Source of the DNA: Deltaproteobacteria bacterium
Lineage (GTDB): Bacteria > Myxococcota > Kuafuiibacteriia > Kuafuiibacteriales > Kuafuiibacteriaceae
DNA: 64,000 bases
Assembly (NCBI GenBank): GCA_040218735.1
Contig: JAVJQW010000023.1
Span: forward strand, 160,001-224,000
Reading direction: 5' to 3'
Below are positions 48,780-58,443 of this stretch, piece by piece. The stretch's first letter is position 1. Every line of letters begins with the position of its first letter. The translations under genes and the position numbers were made by a program. Below the pieces are notes generated by a model. That model searched no databases and was not told the DNA's origin. It saw only the letters and a list, made by a program, of their open reading frames with translations.

Positions 48780-51700
48780 ACGTCCTCCTCCACGCTCGAC
48801 GGCACGAGCATGTACGTCGCCGGGATGACGACCAACGTGAGCAGCGTTCCGGCGAGCAACCCACCCGCGACGGTGATCGCGAGCGGCGCGCGCAGCTCGG
48901 CGCCTTCACCCCAACCCACCGCCATCGGGATGAGCGCGAGGATGGTGGTCATCGTGGTCATGAGGATCGGGCGCAGCCGAACGTGCCCGGCGCGCACGAC
49001 CGCTTCGAGCTTGGTCAGACCTTCACGGCGGTAGCGGTTGATCGCGTCGATCAAGACGATCGCGTTGTTCACCACGATACCCACCAACATGATCGCGCCT
49101 ATCAACACGATCACCGTGACCGTGGTGTTGGTAACGAGGAGGGTCGCCACCACGCCGATCAGCGCGAGCGGGATCGTGAACAGGACGATGAACGGGTGGA
49201 TGAGTGACTCGAACGTCGAAGCCATCACCAGGTAGACGAGGAAAATCGCGAGCGCGACCGCGAACCGAAGGCTATTGAAACTCACCTCCATCTCGCGGTT
49301 CTGGCCGCCGATCTCCGAGGTCAGGCCGCGGTCTCCCATCGTCTCGAGTGTGTCCTCCACGGCGCGGACGGCGGCGCCGAGGCTGCGGCCTTCGAGGTTC
49401 GCGGTGATGAGCGCCGCGCGCTGCTGCTGGAGCCGGTGGATCTCGGCGGGACCACGCGCGGCGGAGACGGTCGCGATCGAGAGCAAGCGGATCTGCGCAC
49501 CGTCCGGCCCCGGGAGCACCAGGCGTCGGACGTCCTCGACGGACTGACGGGTGGTCTCGTGGTTGAGGAGGCGAATGTCGATCTGCCGGTCGGCCTCCTT
49601 GAAGCGCGTCGGTACCGCGCCCTGTACGCGGCTCTTGAGTGTGTTCGACATCGTCGCGAGGTCGAGCCCCATCGCCGCGACGCGACGGCGGTCGAACACG
49701 ACCTGGAGCTCGGGGTTGCCGGCTTCGAGCGAGGAGCGAACGTCGACGAACCCATCGAGCTCGGAGAGTCGCTCCGCGAGCTCGAGTGAGTACGCGCGGA
49801 GCGCTTCGAGGTTGTCACCGAACACCACGATCTCGATCGGCACTTGGAGCGAGAAGTAGGTCGGGTAACCGTGGCGAATCTCGGCGTCGGGGATGGTCGA
49901 GAAGCCCTTGCGCAACCTCGACGCGATCGCGTCCTCCGCGACGGTGTCACTTCGGTCCTTCACGACGATGTCGAGCTGCGCGAGGTTCTCGGCCTGGCTG
50001 TTCACGGAGACACCGCCCGAGACCTGCCGACTGCCGACGATCAGGAACTGTTTCTCGACGCCCTCTTCTTTGGCGACGAGCGCCTCCATCTGTTTGACGA
50101 CGCGGTCCGTCGCGGCGAGCGAGGTGCCCTCCGGCATCTCGACGTCGTAGAAGAACTCACCGGAGGAGAGGCGCGGGATGAGCTCGGACTCCAGGTTGAC
50201 CGCGGCGTAGAGCGAACCGGCGAAGAGCCCAGCGGCGACCAGGAGCACCACGATGCGCGCGCGTATCGCGCCGCGCAGGAGTTTGTCGTACGCGCGTGAA
50301 GCGCGCCCGAGCGTGGCGGCCGCTTCTTCGGGATCCGCCGAGAGCTTCGGCGGTTTGTTGGCGCCGCCACGCGCGCTGAGCATGGGGATGACGGTGATCG
50401 CGACGACGAGCGCCGCGATGAGGCTGATGGTGACCGTGACCGCCTGGTCTTCGAAGAGCTGCCCTGCGATGCCCTCGACGAAGACGATCGGGAGGAACAC
50501 CGCGATCGTCGTGAGGGTGGAAGCGACGACCGCCGGGCCGACTTCGGTGGCGCCTTCTATCGCGGCCTCGCGCGCGGTCGCGCCCTCTTGGCGTCGTCGG
50601 TGGATCGACTCGAGCACCACGATCGCGCTGTCGACGAGCATGCCGACGCCGAGCGTCAGACCTCCGAGCGACATGATGTTGAGGCTGACGTCCATGCGGT
50701 ACATCGCCATGAACGTCGCGACGACCGACAGCGGGATCGCGGTCGCGATGACGATGGTGCTCTTGATGTCGCGCAGGAAGAGGAGCAGCACGAGGATCGC
50801 CAGCGCACCGCCGATCAGCGTGGCGTCGCGAACCTCCTCGACGGCCTGCTCGATGTAGCGCGACTGATCGAACAGGACGGTGATTTCGTAACCCTCGGGG
50901 AGCTTCGTTCTCCACGTGTCGAGGCGCTCCTCGAGCGCACGCGCCGCGAACACGGTGTTGGCGTCGCCCTCCTTGAAGATGGCGACTTCGACGGACTCCT
51001 TCCCGTTGAAGCGCGTGATCTCCTCGCGCTCGCGCGCACCGCGGTAGACCTTGGCGACGTCGTTCAGTCGGACGATGCGTCCGTCGGTGTCGGAGATGAT
51101 GAGCTCGGCGATCTCTTCGATGGAGTCGAGCTCGTTGACGGTGCGGATGAGAAACTCGCGGTCGGCGCCGCGGAGCGCGCCGCCCGGTACGTTCACGTTG
51201 GAAGCGCCGATCCTCTGCTCGACGGTCGCGAGCGGGATCTTCAACGCGGCGAGCTTTTCTTGGTCGATCTCGACGCGGATCTCTTCTTCGAGGCCGCCGC
51301 GAAGCTCGGCGGCGGCGATGCCCACGACGGTCTCGAGGTCGGGCTCGATGCGGCGCTCGGCGAAGTGGCGTATCTCGCGGAGGTCGGCGTTGCCGGTGAT
51401 CGCGAGGCGGACGATGGGATCGAGCGACGGGTCGTAGCGCAGGACGATCGGATCGTCGGTGCCCTCCGGGAGGATGATGCGGTCGAGCTTCTCGCGGACG
51501 TCCATCGCGAGGCTGCTCATGTCGGAGCCCCACGCGAACTCCATGCTCACCTCCGAGACGCCGGGGCGCGAGACGGAGTGCATGCGTTCGAGCCCGCGCA
51601 GCACGCCGGCGGCCTCTTCGACCGGCCGCGTAACCATCGTCTCGACCTCCTGCGGCGCGGCGTCCTCGAACTCGGTGCGGATGGTGAGCGTGGGGTACGC

Positions 51701-51823
51701 GATGTCCGGGAACAGCTCGACGGAGAGGCGTTGGTAGCCGACGATGCCGAACGCCGTCACGGCGATGGCGAACATCGTCACGCTGACGCGACGACGGACG
51801 GCGAGCTCGATGAGTCCGCGCAC
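48776..51823 (-). CDS. RND efflux permease subunit (AcrB/MdtBC-like)
   Basis: GMLVDSAIVV, GIVVNNAIVL, RLRPILMTT, PLAITVAGGL. Confidence 0.95.
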   Translation of the reverse strand: MRGLIELAVRRRVSVTMFAIAVTAFGIVGYQRLSVELFPDIAYPTLTIRTEFEDAAPQEVETMVTRPVEEAAGVLRGLERMHSVSRPGVSEVSMEFAWGSDMSSLAMDVREKLDRIILPEGTDDPIVLRYDPSLDPIVRLAITGNADLREIRHFAERRIEPDLETVVGIAAAELRGGLEEEIRVEIDQEKLAALKIPLATVEQRIGASNVNVPGGALRGADREFLIRTVNELDSIEEIAELIISDTDGRIVRLNDVAKVYRGAREREEITRFNGKESVEVAIFKEGDANTVFAARALEERLDTWRTKLPEGYEITVLFDQSRYIEQAVEEVRDATLIGGALAILVLLLFLRDIKSTIVIATAIPLSVVATFMAMYRMDVSLNIMSLGGLTLGVGMLVDSAIVVLESIHRRRQEGATAREAAIEGATEVGPAVVASTLTTIAVFLPIVFVEGIAGQLFEDQAVTVTISLIAALVVAITVIPMLSARGGANKPPKLSADPEEAAATLGRASRAYDKLLRGAIRARIVVLLVAAGLFAGSLYAAVNLESELIPRLSSGEFFYDVEMPEGTSLAATDRVVKQMEALVAKEEGVEKQFLIVGSRQVSGGVSVNSQAENLAQLDIVVKDRSDTVAEDAIASRLRKGFSTIPDAEIRHGYPTYFSLQVPIEIVVFGDNLEALRAYSLELAERLSELDGFVDVRSSLEAGNPELQVVFDRRRVAAMGLDLATMSNTLKSRVQGAVPTRFKEADRQIDIRLLNHETTRQSVEDVRRLVLPGPDGAQIRLLSIATVSAARGPAEIHRLQQQRAALITANLEGRSLGAAVRAVEDTLETMGDRGLTSEIGGQNREMEVSFNSLRFAVALAIFLVYLVMASTFESLIHPFIVLFTIPLALIGVVATLLVTNTTVTVIVLIGAIMLVGIVVNNAIVLIDAINRYRREGLTKLEAVVRAGHVRLRPILMTTMTTILALIPMAVGWGEGAELRAPLAITVAGGLLAGTLLTLVVIPATYMLVPSSVEEDV

Positions 51824-51829
51824 GAGTTG

Positions 51830-52861
51830 TCAGCCTTCGAGGACTTTGATCGGCGCGCCGTCTTCGAGGGAGTGTTGGCCCTTCACGACGACCTTCTCCC
51901 CGGCGGCGACGCCCTTCTTCGCTTCGATGACGTCGTCTTCTTCGAAGCCGATCTCCAGCACGCGACGTTCGACGGCGTCGCCCTTCGCGACGTAGACGAC
52001 GCGGTCCTGGCGTTCCTCGACGATGGCGATGCGCGGCACGAGCGTGGCGGTGTCGCGGCGTTCGGTGACGATGCGAACTTCGGCGAAGTCACCGGCGCGG
52101 GTCCCTTCGGGATATTCGGGGATCTCGATGGAGACCTTCACGGTGCCACTCGTGGGATCGATGACGGGGCTGACGAGGAAGATCTTTCCGATGAGCTCGG
52201 TCTTGTCGCTGTCGACGACGAGCTTCACGGCTTGGCCTTGTTTCAACCGCTTGAGCTCCTTCGCGGGGACGTAGACACGCGCGATGAGCGGCGTGAGATC
52301 GACGATGTCGAACAGCGGCGTTCCGTTGCTGACGGTGCGCCCGACGTCGACGGCGCGTGAGGTGAGTCGTCCGGCGAACGGGGCGCGCACGGTGGTGCGG
52401 GAGAGCTCGAGCCGCGCGATGTCTTCGGCGGCTTTGGCGGCGGCGAGTTGTTGTTTCGTGGTCGCGAGCTCCTCGGCGGGGGCGAGGTCCTTGGCGACGA
52501 GTTTCTGCAGGAGTTTGACTTGGTCGGCGAGGCGTTGGGTCTCGGCTTCGGCTTGCGCGACCTTCAGCCGGTACTCGTCGTTGTCGATGCGGAGGAGGAC
52601 GGCGTTCTCTTTCACGAGGTCGCCTTCTTCGTGCTGGATGCGCTCCACGAGTCCGGCGACGCGCGCGAGCACACTCGCGGTCTTCTGCGGCTCGAGCGTC
52701 GCGGTCGCGACGTAGTACGCGGATATCGGCCCGGTCTTCACTTCGGAGAGCGCGACGGGCGCGGGGGGCCGCTTGGGTTTGTCGCCCTTCGGGGCGTCCT
52801 TGGCGGACACGGAGTCACACGCGAGCACCGCGAACGCGGCGATGAGGAGGAGGGGGCGCAT
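51830..52861 (-). CDS. RND periplasmic adaptor (membrane fusion protein)
   Basis: Lipobox VLAC; EGDLVKENAVL, VRAPFAG, SPVIDPTSGT, GEKVVVKG. Confidence 0.92.
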   Translation of the reverse strand: MRPLLLIAAFAVLACDSVSAKDAPKGDKPKRPPAPVALSEVKTGPISAYYVATATLEPQKTASVLARVAGLVERIQHEEGDLVKENAVLLRIDNDEYRLKVAQAEAETQRLADQVKLLQKLVAKDLAPAEELATTKQQLAAAKAAEDIARLELSRTTVRAPFAGRLTSRAVDVGRTVSNGTPLFDIVDLTPLIARVYVPAKELKRLKQGQAVKLVVDSDKTELIGKIFLVSPVIDPTSGTVKVSIEIPEYPEGTRAGDFAEVRIVTERRDTATLVPRIAIVEERQDRVVYVAKGDAVERRVLEIGFEEDDVIEAKKGVAAGEKVVVKGQHSLEDGAPIKVLEG

Positions 52862-53188
52862 GGGCGGGGGCATGATGCCCGATCGGCGCGAGGGTGCCCA
52901 TGCATTCGTGGGGCGACAAAGTGCAGTGGATTCGCTGCGGTACATGGGTTCGGAGCGTGAAACGCGGCGTGCGGGCGAGATGTTCCGGTGGGCGTCGATG
53001 ACGCAATGCGTACCGCGCGGTCTCGGTCCGGGGCGGGGGCTCGCGCGGGGAGCCCGTCGGCGGGTCGTTGGTCGCGGAGACGCGCGCCGCGCGCAGCGCG
53101 TCTTTCGCGGCGACGTGAGATCGGTCGCCACGACCACATAGTCACTCGCGCTCGCGCTCGCGACAGCGCCGGCGAAAGGACGATCCTC

Positions 53189-54442
53189 ATGCAACGACTC
53201 CTTCGCGCGATCCTCGCGTTCATGATCCTCGGCGCGTCGGCGCGGGTGTACGCGTACGATCTCTACAACGAGGCCAACTGCAACCCGGGGCGAAAGTGGG
53301 GGACCGTCAACACCGTGAAGGTGCGGTTCCTCCAGGACAGCTTCACCGACTACATGTCGGACCGCGGCGTCTCGATCTCCTCGGCGGAGTACTGGGCGGC
53401 GTACTGGCCGATGATGGACGACATCTACGCGGTCATCGACGAGTACAACGCGATCACCGGCATCTCGTTGGAGTTGGAGTACGCGGGGTTGATCACGGGC
53501 GACGACAACCTCGATCCGTTCTCGACAGACGACTTCCAGAACCACTCGATCATCATCGGCTTCAGCGACGGCCCGAACACGAGCAACCTCGCGTGGTCGG
53601 TGCCGCATCCGGACGACGTCTGCACGAACACCGAGGCGCACGTTGCGTTCAAGAAGACATACACCTGGGTCTTCGGGCCGCCGGCGACGACGGACGTCGA
53701 TGGGAAGTACTTCGACGGGGGCTACTCGTTCCGGAGCGTCCTGCTGCACGAGGTCGGGCACGCGGTGGGTTTGGCGCACCCACCGGATGAGTACGCGGTC
53801 ATGGCGAACGGCACGAAGGCGTGGACGCGTGGCCCGGGTGAAGGGCCTCAGGTCGAGCTGCTGCCGGATGACTTGCGCGGCCTCGTCGCGTTGTACGGCA
53901 ACGGCGGTGCGCGCAACTTCGACGTCTCCGTCACGAACACGTGGTTCCTCCCGCTCGGGCACCCGGACAACAACGCGAACGACGCGCTGCAGATCCAGAA
54001 CTGCAAGGTCTCGGCACGCGCGAGCGCGTACGCGCCGCATGAAGACGAAGAGGTCTCCTGCGGCGTGGGGGCGACGAACGACGTCTGCCCAGGTGCGTAC
54101 GTGCAGCTTCGCTACACGATCAACAATAAGTCGACGGAGACGCTCGACATGGTGGAGCAGGTCTGGTTCTCGCTCGACGACGACCTGGAGGTGAACGGCG
54201 CCGCGATGGACGCGAAGTCACCGGACGAGCGCAACTCCACGGTCAACGCAGAGTCGAGCGCCACCATGGGCCGAGTCTTCCGCGTCCCCGCGGGCACGCC
54301 GAACGGTCAGTACCGCGTGTTCGCGCGGGTAGTTCCGTACAGCACGACGGGCGTGAGCCGATGGCCCGACGACGAGGACAAGTGGAACAACAGCATCCTG
54401 GTGCGGAGCTTCATCGACGTGGACACCAACGCATGCCCGTAG
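53189..54442 (+). CDS. Secreted metzincin (matrixin-like) zinc metalloprotease
   Basis: Signal peptide; HEVGHAVGLAH and Met-turn AVM. Confidence 0.88.
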   Translation: MQRLLRAILAFMILGASARVYAYDLYNEANCNPGRKWGTVNTVKVRFLQDSFTDYMSDRGVSISSAEYWAAYWPMMDDIYAVIDEYNAITGISLELEYAGLITGDDNLDPFSTDDFQNHSIIIGFSDGPNTSNLAWSVPHPDDVCTNTEAHVAFKKTYTWVFGPPATTDVDGKYFDGGYSFRSVLLHEVGHAVGLAHPPDEYAVMANGTKAWTRGPGEGPQVELLPDDLRGLVALYGNGGARNFDVSVTNTWFLPLGHPDNNANDALQIQNCKVSARASAYAPHEDEEVSCGVGATNDVCPGAYVQLRYTINNKSTETLDMVEQVWFSLDDDLEVNGAAMDAKSPDERNSTVNAESSATMGRVFRVPAGTPNGQYRVFARVVPYSTTGVSRWPDDEDKWNNSILVRSFIDVDTNACP

Positions 54443-54463
54443 GGTTCGCGGGCTTCAGCCGCC

Positions 54464-54572
54464 TCAAGTTGCTTGGGACCCGTAGTAGCGCCGAATCGCG
54501 TCTTCGACGTCCTGCTTCGATGCGATGAGGACTTCGATGTTGTAGCCGGTGTGGCTCCGAAGCGAATTCTGT
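54464..54572 (-). pseudogene. Fragment of a PilB/GspE N-terminal (T2SSE_N) domain
   Basis: LRSHTGYNIEVLIASKQDVEDAIRRYYG with no usable start of its own. Confidence 0.55.
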
Positions 54573-55028
54573 CTAGCGAACGCTGGATGGTTGGAGTGCG
54601 TCGTCGAGCACCTCCAGGGCGGCGGGCCAGTTGTCCTCGTGTGCTTTGCACGCGGCCTCCGTGCTGAAACCCGAGTGGTGGAGTCTGAGGAGCGTGCCGT
54701 CCCCTCGGGGCTCGAGCTCGACCTCGATGACCGTCTCGTCGCCATAGGTTCCAGGTGCACCCGTCAGCCAAGTCATCTTGACGCGGCGGTCCTTCTCGAG
54801 CTCGAGGAAGCGTCCGTAGTGGGCGTGCCGCCCCCAGTCGTGTCGATTGTAGAAGAAGAACAGGCTCCCTACTTCGGGGGTCATGATCAACTCACCGGGT
54901 TGGGCGAACCACTTATCGAATCTACGGGTCCATGCGTCGTAAATGAGTGTGGCGGCGGTCTTCATCTCGCGCTCTACGGTCATGGAGAAGGGACGTGATG
55001 AGAGATCGGGGACGAAGGGTTCGAACAT
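54573..55028 (-). CDS. SRPBCC/AHA1-like protein
   Basis: IYDAWT...WF, GRFLELE...MTW, VELEPRGDGTLLRLHHSGF...W. Confidence 0.85.
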   Translation of the reverse strand: MFEPFVPDLSSRPFSMTVEREMKTAATLIYDAWTRRFDKWFAQPGELIMTPEVGSLFFFYNRHDWGRHAHYGRFLELEKDRRVKMTWLTGAPGTYGDETVIEVELEPRGDGTLLRLHHSGFSTEAACKAHEDNWPAALEVLDDALQPSSVR

Positions 55029-55047
55029 ACTCACCTCGGATTCTTGG

Positions 55048-55578
55048 CTAGCTCCCGATTCGGAGATAGACCGCGGCCGCGCGGCTGCCGGCGATGACCC
55101 GCTCTCCGGCGTTGTCGTACTCACTCCGCGCTCCGCAGTAGACGTAGATCTTGGAGTCCGCGATGTAGGCCGAAGAGGGGCGACAGACCGAGCTGTTGAT
55201 CGGTCCCAAGCACGTGGCGCCCGCGGGGCATTCGCCGCCTGCCGGGAGCGTATTGTCCGGGTCCCCGATTCCGCCGCAGATGAAGGTCGACAGCACCGGC
55301 GCGTCGGACGGCTGAAGCCCGGGCACGTTGAACTCAGCGTAGCGCTGGATGGAGACCTGGTTCGTCGCTGCGTATCGGGTCGACTGCTCGACCGAGCAAT
55401 CTCCCAGCATGGCGCCCGAGCCCGACTGCGCCCCTGCGTCGTTGGCACCCGCGTCCGCGAGGAACGCGCCGGCGTCCATGAGCGCCTCGCCGATCGATCG
55501 GGAGCCGCACCCAGCTCCGACCGAGAGGCCCAGGGAGGACAACAGGACGGCGAGGATCTGCAGAGGCTTGCGAGGCAT
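55048..55578 (-). CDS. Hypothetical lipoprotein
   Basis: Lipobox GAGC; DAG repeats; several Cys. Confidence 0.6.
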   Translation of the reverse strand: MPRKPLQILAVLLSSLGLSVGAGCGSRSIGEALMDAGAFLADAGANDAGAQSGSGAMLGDCSVEQSTRYAATNQVSIQRYAEFNVPGLQPSDAPVLSTFICGGIGDPDNTLPAGGECPAGATCLGPINSSVCRPSSAYIADSKIYVYCGARSEYDNAGERVIAGSRAAAVYLRIGS

Positions 55579-55633
55579 GGCGAGGATTCAACCACGGAAC
55601 GATCGCCGCCGGTAAGCGAGTCGCTCCGCGCGC

Positions 55634-56140
55634 TCATGCGCAGACGCTTCGAATCTCGTGCTCGATGGCCCGAGCGGCCTCCTTCGCGTCGGTGTCGTTG
55701 GAAACGAAGCGCCCGAAGTCCTTCGTGCGCTGCTCCGCGAGCTCTTTCCATGCGCGTCGAACGTCGTCCGAGGAGGTCTGTCGGCCTCTCTGCTTCGCGC
55801 GCTCTATTGCGACGTCCAGCGGCGTCCAGACGACGAACACCGACAGCTCTGTTTCCGCGTGTATTTGGGAAGTGAATCGCGCGATGTCCGTGGGGTTGCG
55901 GAACACGTAGTCGACGAGCACGAGCTCCGCGCCCATCTCTAGGTATGCGCGCGAGAGCGCTCCTGCAGCGCGATACGTAGATCCTCCTCCGAGGACGGCG
56001 CGGGCATCGGCCGGAGCGAAACGACGAACTGCGTCGCCATCGATGTACACGGCCTCGGGAAAGGCCTCCCGGAGTCGTTGGCAGATGGTGGTCTTCCCGG
56101 CGCCTGGCGGCCCGGTGATTATCGCAATCTTACCGACCAT
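55634..56140 (-). CDS. Small P-loop kinase (AAA_33-like)
   Basis: IITGPPGAGKTT, IDGDAVR, AIERAKQR. Confidence 0.82.
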   Translation of the reverse strand: MVGKIAIITGPPGAGKTTICQRLREAFPEAVYIDGDAVRRFAPADARAVLGGGSTYRAAGALSRAYLEMGAELVLVDYVFRNPTDIARFTSQIHAETELSVFVVWTPLDVAIERAKQRGRQTSSDDVRRAWKELAEQRTKDFGRFVSNDTDAKEAARAIEHEIRSVCA

Positions 56141-56151
56141 GGCACTCCAGA

Positions 56152-56216
56152 CCCCAGCGAGCAGATCCTACCTCAGGCCGCGGTTCGGCCATCGGTTCTA
56201 CGTGGTGCTGTGGGAC
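56152..56216 (-). repeat. Possible degenerate attC site
   Basis: Minus strand GTCCCAC...GCTGGGG (each one mismatch from an AAC/GTT core), 65 bp. GTCCCAC nearly complements the GTTGGAC that opens the cassette. Confidence 0.3.
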
Positions 56217-56242
56217 AGGCGGCGTCGGCTCCATGGTCGCGG

Positions 56243-56830
56243 TTACGATCGCTGAAGCGCGCCGCATACGACGAAGTAGATGCGTCGCTCATCGTCGACG
56301 ATCCTCAGCGCGAGCGCCTTCGCGGTCATCTCGCAGCGCGTCGCGAGGTACGCGCGCTCGGTGTCGTTCGCGAGGCGGATGCTCTTTCCATCCCACCGCG
56401 CCGGGCACTCGACGTAGACGACGTCTTTGCAGAGCAGCTCGAACGTCGCGCCGGAGAAGAAGCCATCGTCGTCACCCTGGAGGACGAGGTCGGCATCTCG
56501 CCCCACCCACCGGAAGTCCATGGACTGTGGAAGCGTGTCGAGCATCGCGCGCGCGTCGTTCTCGAGCGCGGGGTCGAGCCCTGGCACGTTGGAATCCACC
56601 TCCCCGCGGGGAACGAAGCGCGGATCGTCGGGCCACACCCGTACAACGGCATAAGCGTCCGCCTCACGAGCGAGCTCCACCTCAACCAGCTCCCCCACTC
56701 TGAAGTCGTCGACCAAGGCGGCAGCCGCGTCGAAACGAAGGCTCGTCGCGCGCGGCGATGAGATCGTCCCGACCCCAAGTTCTCGATCCCACGACTCAAT
56801 GACCCAACCCACAATTGCTCCTTGTGACAT
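56243..56830 (-). CDS. Hypothetical cassette protein (OB/cold-shock-like N-terminus)
   Basis: GWVIESWDRELGVGTI...FRVGELVEVE; follows attC 56854-56914. Confidence 0.6.
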   Translation of the reverse strand: MSQGAIVGWVIESWDRELGVGTISSPRATSLRFDAAAALVDDFRVGELVEVELAREADAYAVVRVWPDDPRFVPRGEVDSNVPGLDPALENDARAMLDTLPQSMDFRWVGRDADLVLQGDDDGFFSGATFELLCKDVVYVECPARWDGKSIRLANDTERAYLATRCEMTAKALALRIVDDERRIYFVVCGALQRS

Positions 56831-56853
56831 CGTGCAGCACCCTTCGCAGACAT

Positions 56854-56914
56854 GTCCAACACCCGACGTTCAGCGGGGAGGCGATGTATCCGCGACCTTG
56901 AAGAATCGTTGGGG
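56854..56914 (-). repeat. attC site (degenerate stem)
   Basis: Minus strand CCCCAAC-gattcTTCAAG...CTGAAcgtcgggt-GTTGGAC, 61 bp. Confidence 0.6.
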
Positions 56915-57130
56915 TCCATCAATTCGAATGCGGCTTGGGCGTCACGGCGAGTTGTGCGTCGCGATCAGTGTCCCGCGCGTCTGGGAGCTAGCTCAACCGC
57001 CACGGCGGGAGATGGAGTCTTCGAGCTGCGGCCGTACCCGGTACCACGCCACCGCGGCCAACGCGGCCGCTTCGGAGATCCTGGGCGCGTCGTTGGGCGG
57101 CCCGCGGCGGACTATGCCGGTCATGGCATC

Positions 57131-57664
57131 TCAGGCCGCTACCAGATGCCGAAACGTAAGGCTGATGCGGGCGCCTGTCCCGGGAGAGGGACGAATCCCA
57201 TGCTGCCAGTCGGTCTGCACGCTCGCCTTCATGGCGAGAAGGGAGCCGGGCGCGAGTTGAATCGGCCACTCCGTGCCTCGGTCAGAACTTCGTCGAAACA
57301 GAAGTGAACGCGGGGCTCCGAGAGAGACGATGCTTGTGCTGGTGCCGGGCACCACTCCTTCCGCCGAGTCGGAGTGAAAGCCCATGCTCGACTCGCCGTC
57401 GTCATAGAGATTCGCAAGGCAGTTGTTGATGGTATGGCCGACGACGCGCTCGATATCGCATATGACCGGCTGGAGCAGTTCTGGAACTTCCGTAGTGGGA
57501 TATGAGTTCCCTGAGTAGTTGTAGGCGCGTCCGAAGGACGCAGTCTTGCGCGCTCGCATGCGGTCGTTCCAGGCGAACGTCCGCATCGCTTCGGCAAAAA
57601 GGGCGGCCGGATCGGCGATGAACGCGGCCACGTACTCGACCTCGAGGTCCTCTGGGAGATTCAT
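57131..57664 (-). CDS. AlkB-like 2OG-Fe(II) dioxygenase (cassette)
   Basis: YNYSG, NNCLANLY, MGFHSD, SLGAPR, WQHGI, RISLTFR. Confidence 0.9.
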   Translation of the reverse strand: MNLPEDLEVEYVAAFIADPAALFAEAMRTFAWNDRMRARKTASFGRAYNYSGNSYPTTEVPELLQPVICDIERVVGHTINNCLANLYDDGESSMGFHSDSAEGVVPGTSTSIVSLGAPRSLLFRRSSDRGTEWPIQLAPGSLLAMKASVQTDWQHGIRPSPGTGARISLTFRHLVAA

Positions 57665-57691
57665 GCCGAGCTTCACCTGTGCACCCTGGTC

Positions 57692-57755
57692 CGCCAACGC
57701 TCACAATAAACTAAGGGAGCTAAGCCCCCCTCAGTCTTCATTTGTGCTCTTGGGT
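57692..57755 (-). repeat. attC site (mutated copy of the 61-bp family)
   Basis: Minus strand ACCCAAG-agcacaaatgaagactga-GGGGGGCTTAGCTCCC-ttagtttattgtgagc-GTTGGCG; aligns with 61498-61558. Confidence 0.75.
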
Positions 57756-57772
57756 GTCCCGCACCAGCTCAG

Positions 57773-58042
57773 TCATGCGGCCAGGAGTGGCGCCAGGTCT
57801 GCCGACTCGACGGGCTTGGCCCCGAGTTTCTCAAGAAGAGTATTCAGTGGAGCGAGCTGCACAGCGGCCGGGTCGAGAATCTCGATACCAATCGGTGATC
57901 CATCCTCGGAGAAGTCGACAACAAGGGAGTCGTCGAAGCGCTCAACACGAGCGCTCCGCACGTCCCTTGCTCTTGGGAGATACAGATAGGCTGCGAATGC
58001 CTTGCCGCGTCGGAATGTAACTTCAAGATAGCAGCGCTTCAT
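57773..58042 (-). CDS. DUF2283-family putative antitoxin
   Basis: AAYLYL...LVVDFSEDGSPIGIEILD. Confidence 0.82.
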   Translation of the reverse strand: MKRCYLEVTFRRGKAFAAYLYLPRARDVRSARVERFDDSLVVDFSEDGSPIGIEILDPAAVQLAPLNTLLEKLGAKPVESADLAPLLAA

Positions 58043-58048
58043 GACTAA

Positions 58049-58321
58049 TCACTCATTGGGAAATGCGGTGACGATGACCAACAGCTCGACGTCCGGATCG
58101 GGTTCGACAATAACGGTCCAGAGTCGCTTGTCGTGGCGCGTGCCAACCGCCCAACGGCCAACGACCTTGTCTTCGTCCAGCTCGTTGGCATCGAACAGCA
58201 TCTTCCTCAGGTCGACCTCCCCGAAGCCGCGGTCCTCCATCCGGCGCTCGACGTGCGGCGTCAGCTCGAGGTCCCAGTCCCACCACCCCGGCCAGTGCTG
58301 CTGTGCCTTGGTCCGCGTCAC
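58049..58321 (-). CDS. DUF4258-family putative RNase toxin
   Basis: LTPHVERRMEDRGF, C-terminal VIVTAF; 6 bp upstream of the DUF2283 gene. Confidence 0.8.
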   Translation of the reverse strand: MTRTKAQQHWPGWWDWDLELTPHVERRMEDRGFGEVDLRKMLFDANELDEDKVVGRWAVGTRHDKRLWTVIVEPDPDVELLVIVTAFPNE

Positions 58322-58443
58322 GCTCCATCACGTACCATACAGCTTGCATTCCCGCCGTCCCGGACGCCAGGGGTCTGTAAGACTCTGAAACCGCAAGCGA
58401 AACAGCGCGGCGCCTGGCCGGGCTCGCCTCTCGGCGCTGGTTC

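Noticed and set aside
52862-54040. N-terminal extension of the MFP ORF, and similar extensions of the lptB, mlaF, GH3, SRPBCC and 37173 ORFs, suggesting fusions
   Set aside because: The extensions overlap other real genes and lack motifs. Starts were trimmed to the homologous N-termini.
54571-54600. CTCCAAC...GTTCGCT as an additional attC
   Set aside because: Too short, inside a CDS end, and no L boxes or stem.
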